DNA from: Macrostomum lignano
Taxonomy: Eukaryota
NCBI GenBank assembly: GCA_002269645.1
Contig: NIVC01002424.1
Coordinates: 1 to 63,927 of the forward strand
Length of the DNA: 63,927 bases
Direction of reading: 5' to 3'
Under the pieces are notes generated by a model that saw only the letters and a list, made by a program, of their open reading frames with translations, did not search any database and had not been told where the DNA came from. Positions 9,849 to 20,109 of the stretch are shown here, piece after piece. A program made the position numbers and the translations under genes. Every line of letters starts with the position of its first letter. Within the stretch, counting starts at the first letter, position 1.

Positions 9849-12251
9849 TCAGCGAACGCGGAATTGCCTGAGCTGACAGTAAAAGCTGATATCTGTATTC
9901 ACAGTTGCCCTACAGCTTAGCGACCTGGCATGTGGGGACATCTCTTCCGGTTGAGGATCAGGGATCCTGGATAGAGCGTCAGCATTCACAAGTTTAGGGC
10001 CACTTCTATGTTCTATCTCAAAATCAAATTCGGAAAGTCTTTCAATCCAACGACCTAAAATGCCTGTCTGTTCGGTTTGGCGAAGCAACCAGGTTAGGGC
10101 ATTGTGATCAGTCCTACGAGGTAAAATCTAAAGTACTTCAGCGAGTCAACAATCGCTAGAAGCTCCTTCCTCGTAATCGGATATCTAGTTTCTGACTGCC
10201 TCATCTTCCGACTATAATACGCGATCGGCCTTTCTATGCCGTCGCTCTGAACTTGATTCAAGACCGCCCCAATTCTGACATCTGATGCATCAGTGTCTAA
10301 CACAAAATAAACTTGGGGGTCTGTATTAAACTCTGGGTAAGCAAGCACTTCTTCGGAACACATCCGTTCCTTCAACAGCTCGAAGCATTCATCATGAATC
10401 CTGGTCCATTTGTCCTGGATACATTTGATGTTCTTCTTGGTCAACTCACAGAGTGGTGCTGCTACCTCGGCAAAATCTCTAACGAATTTTCTATAGTAAT
10501 TACAGAGTCCAAGAAAACTCCGAAGCTCTGTCACAGATTTAGGTTTCGGCCAGTTCCTAATTGCTTCTAGTTTCGACGCATCTCTTTTAATTCCTGTTTT
10601 GCCTATGACGTGTCCTAGATATTGTAGCTCTGATTTGAAAAGGTGACATTTCTTAGCCTTTAGTTTCATGTTAGCTTGGATTAGTCTCTTGAGCACTTCT
10701 TTCAGGTGTTCTAGATGGGCTTCGAAATCTGTACTATAAACTATTACATCATCTAAGTAAGCTATGGCGAACTTCTGTGCAATGTCCTTAAGAACTAAGT
10801 TCATGCACCTTTGAAAAGTTCCTGGAGCTCCTTGCAATCCCATTGGTAATACTTCGTACTCAAACGAGCCTCGATGTAAAGTTGGAAAGCTAGTCTTGCA
10901 CTTATCTTCTTCCCTAAGAGCTATCTGATAATATCCCGAAAATAGATCTAACGTAGAAAATTGACTGGCTCCATGGAGACATGAGAATGTTTCATTGATA
11001 TTAGTTATTGAATACGGAAAGTACTCCGATTTGTTATTTAGTGCTCGATAGTCGTTAACTATTTTTTTTTTATTAGAGGCAAGGGGGTTGTGTGCACCCT
11101 GGCGCACTTTAGGCGACATAGACACACGACCGGCGAGAGGCATTGCTGCCCATTCCGCCGACTCCCCTGAGCAGGCATACAAGCGCGCGGATACGTTACG
11201 CAGGCACACACTCACACAGGAGTGTACAGCGGCCCTAACTTTATCAATTGTTAGGCATGTACACTTCACTGCGCCTTGGGGGTTGGCTCTCAAGGCCGTT
11301 AATTGCACAAGCGAGCCAAGCCGAAATTCCAATTCAGCCCCAAATTAATGTGGCTGCACTTGGAATCGAGCCTGGGTCGCTGGCACACCAGAGCAGCTGC
11401 GCTACCGCTGGGCTACGGCCCCCCTAGTCGTTAACTAATCTCAGCGAACCGTCTTTCTTAGGTACTATGACTAATGGAGTCGAGTACTGCGAGTAACTAG
11501 GCCTAATGATGCCTCTAGCCAACATGAGATCTAACTGCTCATCTACCTCCTTGATCCAATGAGGTGGAATCTTCCTAGCTGGTATCTGAACTGGGTTGTT
11601 GTCCTTCAAGATAATCTCGTGAGTGACTAAATGCGTTCTGCCTAAGTCTAACTCGTGCTGCGAGAAAGCTGCTGAATGTTCCTTGACGACCTCGATCACC
11701 TTTTGTCTCTGTTCCTGAGTCAGTTCAGTTCCTATGTTAATCTCACTAATCCAGTCTTCTGACTTGCCCTGTACCTGACTGATCTTTTCTCTGCTTCCGC
11801 AAGACTGCGTGTTCCCATTCTGCTCTTCTTCTGGCTGTTCCTTGAGATAGTTAAGCTCGCTAGTTAAAAGCGGTTTAGCCATCTCTACTAATGCTGATGC
11901 TGGTACTCTAGCTTCCTGTGAACTGGTGTTGATCACTTCTAAATAAGCTTCCCCTTGTCTTAGAGTTAATAAACTTGGCACTACCGTTACCTTCTCTGCT
12001 CTAGTCTTTAATCCTGATCTGAGTGGCTCAACAACTGATGGCACTCCGAAATTATTTTCACTACCTGCTGCTAATCTGACTTTGACTAATCCTGAACTAT
12101 TGGCTGGAACTGTCGTCTTTTCTGCGACATAGATTCTCCTAACCTGAGGCTTAGCTCTGGTTGATCGAAGCGGAATTCTAGTTCCTTGTTTCATGGTTAG
12201 CAATCCTGCATCGAAGTCGATAGTAGTACAATATTTTTGGACAAACGTCAC
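9849..12251 (-). pseudogene. Gypsy reverse transcriptase + RNase H (interrupted by SINE)
   Basis: PLVIVPKKDGSLRLVND|YRALN, LDLFSGYYQI, PMGLQGAPGTFQR, YLDD, DTDASD, ELLAIV, NADALSR. Small deletion with frameshift near 10090. Confidence 0.95.
11062..11424 (-). mobile_element. tRNA-derived SINE (363 bp)
   Basis: Begins GGGGGGCCGTAGCCCAGCGG (A box TAGCCCAGCGG). B box GGCTCGATTCC at 11372-11362. Ends AATAAAAAAAAAA. 13-bp TSD TAGTCGTTAACTA at 11049-11061 and 11425-11437; removal restores RLVNDYRALN. Confidence 0.92.
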
Positions 12252-12893
12252 ACCTATTACATTGTCTACATCTGCGTCACATAATAGAAACTCAACTTCT
12301 TCGAAATCGCCAAATGTTGCCTTCGGGTAGTGTAGCTCGCTTGGCTAGTAAAAGGAAAATGAATCCGAAAATCCTGAGTGCGAAACGCGTCGTTACTCAC
12401 ACAATGTTGATTTTCGGATTCATTAGTTTGTGAATCCGTACACAAACTACGAAAGCCTTAATAACTACGAAACCGTTAATTGGAATAGGCTCTTCCATAA
12501 AAGAAGTAATTCTATTGTCCCAATGCTTAATTAGATGCCTATTCTTGCCAGTGAAAAGCTGCTTCCAGGTTTCGCGTGCTAAGATATTTCTATTACTGCC
12601 AGTGTCTAATAGATAAACTATTTCCTTATTTAAAATGCTGCCAGTGATGTACAAATCGTAACTTTGCTTTTTAGTTTGTTCAATTAGTTTTGGTTGTTTT
12701 AGCTGCTGCTTGCCAGAATAAGGTTCCTGTTGTGGTGCGTTTGAAAAGTGCTGAGAGTAAATGTTTGGCTGATTAAATGATTGATTAAATGTTTGCGCAT
12801 GCCTACTGTTATACACTGAAGAATTCAATTCACTATTTACAGAAAAAGTATCGCTGCTATTTACAGGTTGTGAGGCTACAGACTGTGAGGGAT
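12252..12893 (-). pseudogene. Gypsy aspartic protease (interrupted by 136-bp insert)
   Basis: YLLDTGSNRNIL motif. FVVIKA|TFGDFEEVEFLLCDADVDNVIGVTF is restored when 12324-12459 is removed. Confidence 0.85.
12324..12459. mobile_element. 136-bp hairpin-rich insert containing Penelope pLTR pieces
   Basis: GCCTT duplicated at 12319-12323 and 12455-12459. Contains GTGCGAAACGCGTCG and ATGTTGATTTTCGGATT, both also in the pLTRs at 39870-39935 and 40890-40950. Inverted pairs TGAATCCGAAAATC/GATTTTCGGATTCA and TAGTTTGTG/CACAAACTA. Confidence 0.7.
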
Positions 12894-14593
12894 TGTAGAA
12901 AAAATACTTAACTAAAGACTACAGACTATTTAATTGGAGTTAAATTGAAGGAGCAGGAGGAGCAGTAAGTGGGCGCAGGGCCCAAACCGATATATTTATA
13001 GAACATTTAACTTTGGGGGGTTGAGCCCAGAATAATAAAAAGAGGGGGTGGAGTGCGCGACTGAGGAAAGAGGCGAGAACGGAGAGCCAATCAGAACGCA
13101 GCAAGGGAGAGAGAGATAAGAATAACAAGATTGAGCTAGACAGAGAGAGAGAAAACGGAGTAAACAGAGACAAGTGAAGGTGAACTAAGAAATGAATAGG
13201 AAAGTCGCGACACTCCCCCCAAAAATGGAACATTTTTTGAATTTTCGAGTACCAATAGAATTATGAATTAGAGTTCAAGAAACAACTTTAAAGCAAATTT
13301 AACAATGGTGTACGAGCTACAAACACGACTAAGAACTTCAATGCAAAAACTGTGGAGACTAGAGTGAATGCAAATTGACCAAGAAATTTCACGTGTGCGA
13401 TTTTAATGAATAAATTGTTACGAGTATAACCAATGAAAAAACTGACTGCATCTACCCTCCCCCCTAAAAAATTAATTTAATTTTTTACATTGTGAAAGAA
13501 AAAATTGAATGACGAATTAACAAGGCGATCCGGCAGGCGAGCCCCGCGGCGCCCCGGCCGAGAATTTGAAACCGAGAGAGACCGAGGACACCGCAGGACG
13601 CACCCCCGGCAGACGATGAGTGAAGAGAGTCGAGACGATCCGGCAGGCGAGCCCCGCGGCGCCCCGGCCGAGAATTTGAAACCGAGAGAGACCGAGGACA
13701 CCGCAGGACGCACCCCCAGGAGACGATGAGTGAAGAGAGTCGAGACGATCCGGCAGGCGAGCCCCGCGGCGCCCCGGCCGAGAATTTGAAACCGAGAGAG
13801 ACCGAGGACACCGCAGGACGCACCCCCGGCAGACGATGAGTGAAGAGAGTCGAGACGATCCGGCAGGCGAGCCCCGCGGCGCCCCGGCCGAGAATTTGAA
13901 ACCGAGAGAGACCGAGGACACCGCAGGACGCACCCCCAGGAGACGATGAGTGAAGAGAGTCGAGACGATCCGGCAGGCGAGCCCCGCGGCGCCCCGGCCG
14001 AGAATTTGAAACCGAGAGAGACCGAGGACACCGCAGGACGCACCCCCGGCAGACGATGAGCGACGACTACATGTAGATGAAGGAGCACCGGCAGACAGTC
14101 GAGACGAGATGAGATGGGATGAGACTGCTCCGGCCGACAGTTGACGAGATGGGAGGGCGCAGTCGACGAACGATGAGACGAGGAGACTGGTGGAGGGCTA
14201 CGACGATGGCATGGCCTTTGCCAGCCTTACTGAATTGACTTATAAGGACTAAATTATTTTACATTGGGTGCCATACTAGAAAAAATACTTAACTAAAGAC
14301 TACAGACTATTTAATTGGAGTTAAATTGAAGGAGCAGGAGGAGCAGTAAGTGGGCGCAGGGCCCAAACCGATATATTTATAGAACATTTAACTTTGGGGG
14401 GTTGAGCCCAGAATAATAAAAAGAGGGGGTGGAGTGCGCGACTGAGGAAAGAGGCGAGAACGGAGAGCCAATCAGAACGCAGCAAGGGAGAGAGAGATAA
14501 GAATAACAAGATTGAGCTAGACAGAGAGAGAGAAAACGGAGTAAACAGAGACAAGTGAAGGTGAACTAAGAAATGAATAGGAAAGTCGCGACA
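12894..14593 (-). mobile_element. Non-autonomous LTR retroelement (TRIM-like), 1700 bp
   Basis: Near-identical ~319-bp LTRs (12894-13212 and ~14275-14593) with TGTCGCG start and a TATAAAT box. PBS TGGCACCCAATGT at 14273-14261, PPT GGGGGGAG at 13220-13213, 5-bp TSD GGGAT (12889-12893, 14594-14598). No coding domains. Confidence 0.92.
13525..14060. repeat. 110-bp GC-rich tandem repeat, about 5 copies, inside the TRIM
   Basis: GACGATCCGG recurs at 13634, 13744, 13854, 13964. Units alternate CCCCCGGCAG and CCCCCAGGAG. Confidence 0.95.
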
Positions 14594-14598
14594 GGGAT

Positions 14599-15573
14599 CT
14601 ACTGCTGGAAAGCGTTGCCTCCGACGCTTCCGTCTACTCCGTTTCCCGAATTCTGCTGCTGAGGGTAATGCGGCTGCGGCTGCATTTGCTTGCTGTGGGT
14701 ACATCGGCTGCTGATACTGCGGCTGCTAATACTGCATCTGCTGCTGAGCCGGGTACCTAAGCTGGTTCTGAGGATATGGCTGTCTGCAATTCTTATCTAT
14801 GTGACCTAGCTTGCCACACCGGTTGCACTTAACTGGGGTACGCCTCTGCTGATTCTGGCCTTGCTGCGGCTGACCTGACGGCTGCTGCTGCTTTACCTTT
14901 TGCTCAACACTCTGGTAGTGTCGGAGTAACTTCCGAAGCACCTTCTGCTGGTTTTCTAGCGCCTCACCCTGTTTGCGGACTAATTCCTTCAAGCTATTCT
15001 TAGCTTCTTCTCCTCCAGTTGCCTTACACTGCTGCGGGTCTCTACCTCGGCGAGACATGGCGTACGCCATTTCGATACGTCGCAAGACTCGACGTGTCTC
15101 TTAAAGCGAGTTCGCCTGAGCTAGCAGTAACTTCTCTCTAGTCTCTGGGGCGACCCTAACACCTCTAATAAATTGTTCCACCACCTCTTCCTGTCTCTGA
15201 TCGTTAGTTAGATGGGGAAACGCCCTGCATGCTAGCTCTGTCAGCTTTTCAGCGTAGTCATCAGTGCTTTCGGTTTTACACTGGAACCTACTACGGAACT
15301 CTTTCCTAGCTTCTTGAGCACTACCTACATGCGTGAATCGCTCAATCAGTCTATCCTTAAATTCTGCGTATGGAAGATTAGGGTCTAAATTTAGCCTTGT
15401 CACGATAGCGAACGCTGACTGACCCCATCTAGGTTAGACAGTAGCTCATTCTTCCATTCAGCTGTTGGTATCTCATCTGCGATACACCTCTGCTCAAAAG
15501 CCTGAATCCATACGCCTATATCCTGATTAGGCGTGTACTTTTGGATCTTAATGTGTCCATCATTAGCTTCCAT
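14599..15573 (-). pseudogene. Gypsy gag (capsid-like + CCHC knuckle), in frame with pol
   Basis: ATG at 15573 (MEANDGHIKIQKY...WIQAFEQRC), EFRSRFQCKTESTDDYAEKL, knuckle CNRCGKLGHIDKNC. Frameshift near 15420 and in-frame stops at 15101 and 14726. Removing the TRIM gives AVDP|SQSVASQ, continuous into the protease frame. Confidence 0.88.
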
Positions 15574-16001
15574 ATGAGTTTAATTTAGGTTGGATTTTGG
15601 AATTAACGCTTCTGGTTTAATAATTTCTGTCAGTAAATTGGCAAGACTCCAAATTTAGCTGCTAATTTGCCTTATGGTAAGACTTTAGTTAATAAAACAG
15701 CAGTGAATCTAGTTTTATTACTTCCGCCTTACTTCTGGTCTAAATTGAGAGCTTACTAATCTTCTAGTGAAGAAACTAAGTTAAAATTCCTTTCAGGAGC
15801 GTTAATCCGTTCCTAATCCGTTAATCCGTTAATCTAAGATTAGACTATCTTAGACCAACTGACCAAGTGCATTAAATATCTAATTTAGAACCTAATTAGT
15901 AAATTTGTGTTAGTTTTAGAGTTAATCCGTTAATCCTTTACTAATCCACTAATCCTTTCTCCATTCTAATGTATGCGCTTCTCGGGTATTCTAATCCTCT
16001 A

Positions 16002-16012
16002 CACTGCCACCA
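16002..16012 (-). promoter_or_regulatory. Primer binding site, tRNA-Leu type
   Basis: LTR end CA + AT + TGGTGGCAGTG, complementary to the 3' end (...CACTGCCACCA) of eukaryotic tRNA-Leu. Confidence 0.7.
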
Positions 16013-16014
16013 AT

Positions 16015-16356
16015 TGGACAAGCGTGGTACCTGCAGTCTAGGCTTACTGCTTTTGTCTACTTTAGAACTTACTGGATTTTCGGGGTATATTGGTAGATTT
16101 CGCTGCCACCAGGATCCTGCTTTCCCTAATTCCTGTATTTAGAGTTGAAGAATTGAGTCAGGATACCAATGAGATTTCTAGTAACACAAGTTTTGTTTTA
16201 ACGTACAAAACAGTTGGTTACATTAATTCCCCTTAATTCATATTTCCATTAATTGTGCTTGGGCAAGACTCCCGGTAATTCAGAGGCAAGACTCCTCTTG
16301 TGCAATTCCTATTTAGTTTCCCCTTTATTGCCCTTTTTCTTACCGAATTCCTTGTT
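16015..16356 (-). repeat. 5' LTR (LTR-B), downstream part
   Basis: Homologous to 12-400. AATAAA on minus at 16324-16329. Abuts the PBS. Confidence 0.75.
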
Positions 16357-17229
16357 GTTGTTGTTAAACGACGGTGCTAAGAAGGGGCACCTCGGTTCAG
16401 CCCGAGCTCGGGCTCTGCCGATGCATTATTGTTTTAAAATTATGAGTATGGGTATACGAAGTTAAAAATTCGATATATATTGATATTTACAATTTGAGGA
16501 TTAAAATATTTTGCACTATAAAATAGAGGGAATTCTAATAGAGAGGGGGGTCCTCACAAAGTTCTGGACCGTACGGTAAGGGGAATAGTGCAGACATTAT
16601 TTGAGATACTAAGAGTTAAAACTGTTTGGCATTGATTGTGAATGAAAGATAAAAGGTATTTGAAAAATGTAAAAGACGCTACTAAAAGTAGCAGCCATTC
16701 GAGAAAATAATTTAGTAGGTACGCTCGTATAAGACGACATAAGACGAGTAAAAGCTATTATTTTTGGTGTATAAAAGTGGCAAAAGCCGGATAAAAGAAA
16801 CGCATTGGGCCCGGATGTAGAGAAGCACGCGTGTATATTTTGGATTATGGAAATAAAACAGCAGTACTAAATATAAAAAGAAAAGCAATACGGCGGTGCG
16901 GCACAATTTAAAAGAAGGTGATCACAGGTAAGAGGTTCAAACCCCCAATTGGCAGCTGGTTTATAGGTCCCTCCCAAACCAGCCAAGCATTTGTCCGATT
17001 TTTTATATTTAGCAGCAAGTTTTGGGTATAAGTTTTATCTGCGCTGACACACGGCTATCAAAAAGGAGACAGGGGGAAGAAGGCAAGGAAGTAAAGCAAG
17101 CATTTTTTGTGGCTTTTTGAATATTGAAGATTGGGGAAAGACGAAGAGGACTTGGACATCAGAGAGGGGGGAAAGCCGATGGCTTAGCATGCGCAACCTA
17201 GTTTGGAGCCTACATAGGGGTCAGCTTTA

Positions 17230-20092
17230 GGGCGGGTTGTTGGCAATGCGGGCCGCCGCATTTGCTGCCGCTAACCTATTGGCATGCCTCCGTTTTAGGC
17301 TGTCCCACAAGAGGTTCAGCACTGGAAGACGATTTCAAGCCGCTCTAGGAAGCTCCGGCTCGATATGAAAGTCGTGGTGCCCAGCGGCCTTCACCTTGGA
17401 CAGCCATCCTACGCGAAGGGCCCGGATCCTATCGGCCAGCATGGGGACAGCCGCAATCTCATGAAGGTAGGCCACCTGCGTGTAACTGGGGGCACCGTAG
17501 CATATCCTAAGGGCTAGGTTTTGGATTTTTGCAACTTGTTGAGGTTGCTAGGGGCGATGATGTTGAGTACGGGGGCGCCGTATGTCAGCACGCTCTCCAC
17601 GTAGGCCCTATATAGCATCTTTAGGGTATTGCTGCTTAGCCGGGTTAGCTTGGCAATGCGGTTAATCGACAAGGCAAGCGCCCGGCCATGGCTGACAACT
17701 CTTTCAATATGAGAATTCAGGGTCAGCCTGTAGTCCAGGTTCATACCGAGGAACCGGACTTCATCTTTGTATTCAAGGCTTGTGCCACCAAGGTTCAACT
17801 TGGGGCGCAGATCAAGCCGCCGGGTTGGCTTATAGTTGAACGCAATCGCCTGACTCTTGCCGGCATTGATCTTGATCCCCTGCCCCCCACACCAGTTCCA
17901 AACCTGGTCAAGGTAGGGTTGCAGGAGCGTTTTGAGGCCAGCAAAAGAGTCCGCCGAGGACCAGATGGCCATATCGTCGGCGAATTGGCTGCGTTTAAGA
18001 TTTGAATGTTGCGGCCGTGGCATGGTGCTGATAAAGAGCAGGTAGAGGAAGGGGCTCAGAATGCCGCCCTGCGGGACGCCCGCCTGCAACTCGTACGGCT
18101 GGCTGAGCGCCCCGTTGACCTTCACCTGCATTAGCCTATCTGCTATGTAGTCAGAGCAGATCCTGACGAGGGCGTCCGGCGTGTCGACTTCATGCATCCT
18201 GAACCTTAGGAAGTCATACCACACAGAGTCGAACGCCGCTTGTACGTCAAGGAGAATGGCCAGCAATCTTTTGAGTTTGGCTTTGCCCACCTGGACGTCC
18301 TGGACGAGGCGGACGAGGTTGTCATACGTCGAATGGAACCTTCCTGTAGGCGCACTGATCCGCACCGAGGATATCTTGGCCCTCAAGATGCTTCATCAGC
18401 CTCCTCACCAATAGCTTCTCGAAAACCTTGCCAAGGCAGGAGGTCAGGCTGATGGGCCGATAGGAACCCGGGGATTCAGGCGGTTTGTCCGGTTTGGGAA
18501 TCATGGTGACCACTGCTTTCTTCCATTTCGATGGGAAGATGCCTGTCCGGTAACAGTCATTAAAGAGCTTGGTTATGCGAGTAACCGCAATGGGCTCCAG
18601 GCCATATTTCAGGACGCAGTTTGGCACCTTGTCCAGGCCCGGAGCGCTGTCTACCTTTAGATGGTCGAGCTCCAAGAGGTATCTGTAAAAGAGATAGTAG
18701 CCTCCAGGGGGTGGCCCATGTGCGGTTCCGCGCTGGGTGGGACAGGTCTGAAGAGTGGGAGCTTCATAGTCTGCTCAACCTTCTTCTTCAGCTCGTCATC
18801 CGTAGACGGGATCGGGCGCATTTTGGCATCTAAGGCTCTCGCAAGCATATCAGCCTTGTCAGAGTCTGTGTGTGCGAGGGTGGCGCCATCATTATTCAGG
18901 GACGGAATAGTGGTGCCCTTTTTGCGCCCCATTAATTTTTTTGTGTCCTGCCTGAAGTCCTTGACATTCCGACACTGACTTTTCTCAACTATTTTCTCGC
19001 ACAATTGGGTAAATTGGCCCTGCTCAAACGAATGAATGGCGCTTTTTATTTCCTTCGCCTTCCTATTCGCGAGGAGCCTGAAGTTGTCGTCCCTGGTGCT
19101 ATGGTACAGACGCCGGAGCTTTCTTCTCTCCTTGATCATAGCAATGATCCTCTGGGGAGGGCTCTACGGCTATTTCTGACCGGGACGTTTTCTTCAATAG
19201 TTTCCTGGATCGCGCCGGTGATGAAGTCGACCTCCGCATCAATTTGCTGCCTGGTTCTAAGGTCTGGAGGCCATGCGTCGATCATCTTTTCCATAAGGCT
19301 ATTTTGGAACTCCTCCCAGTTGGCTTTAGCAAAATTTCGAGCCTTCTCTGGCCCTTGCCAGTCTGTGGAGTTGCTTGCCAAGGTAAGAATAATTGGAAGG
19401 TGGTCGCTATTCAGGTCGTCACCCACTTTGAAGTCCTGGATGTAGGGGAAAAGGTCACTGGAGGCCAGACCTAGGTCCAGCACATTCCGGGAGACCGTTC
19501 TTTGTCGATGGGCTATTCTGGTGAACTGACCTGGTTGGTTTAGAACGGTGGGACGATTTGCAGGGTCGCCGCAGAGCCAGTCATGAAGCTGTTGGCCAGC
19601 CATTTTATTGCGACTCTCGCCCCCAAGAAATTGTGCCTGGCGTTGAGGTCACCCATAACAAGAGAGTATTTGGCCGAGGACAGCTGAGTCAAAAGACCGA
19701 CATCAAGGTGGGGCTATGGAGACCGATAGATCAAGGCCAGTTTGAAAGCAGGGCAAGCGCCGTCAAGAGGGGTGACTGTGCAGGTAAGAACCTCGTGGTT
19801 AATGTTGTCGTACTAGAGCTGGACATCAGCTACCTTAACCCGTGGGTGTGTACGAGGAGGAGTCCGCGCTTCGTACTTGAAAGGTCAAACCGCACTGCAG
19901 CATAGCCCGGAAATGTGCATACTTGGGTATTTTTCAGGATGGTCTCAGAGAACAACGCAATATCTAATTTCTGGTCTGAGACCCAGAGCCTGAGTTCTTT
20001 TAATTTCGTATTATCCCCCTGCAGTTCAGGTGGGCGATCTTGAGCCCTGAGGCAGTGGGGTTAGAACTATCGTGCCCGTTATTACCGAACAT
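17230..20092 (-). pseudogene. LINE2 ORF2: APE + RT, frameshifted
   Basis: IAHLNCRG, VLDLG, NSDHLPI, SAPGLDKVP, YRPISLTSCLGKVFEK, LLDVQAAFD, GVPQGGILSP, QFADD. Confidence 0.92.
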
Positions 20093-20109
20093 TATTAATT
20101 TATTTCATT

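Noticed and set aside
11350-11424. tRNA gene
   Set aside because: It is the head of a SINE with body, poly(A) and TSD; the cloverleaf is incomplete.
13525-14060. Retrozyme (hammerhead-bearing TRIM)
   Set aside because: Units contain CGATGAG and GAAAC but no CTGANGA core with closing stems, and the LTRs have none either.
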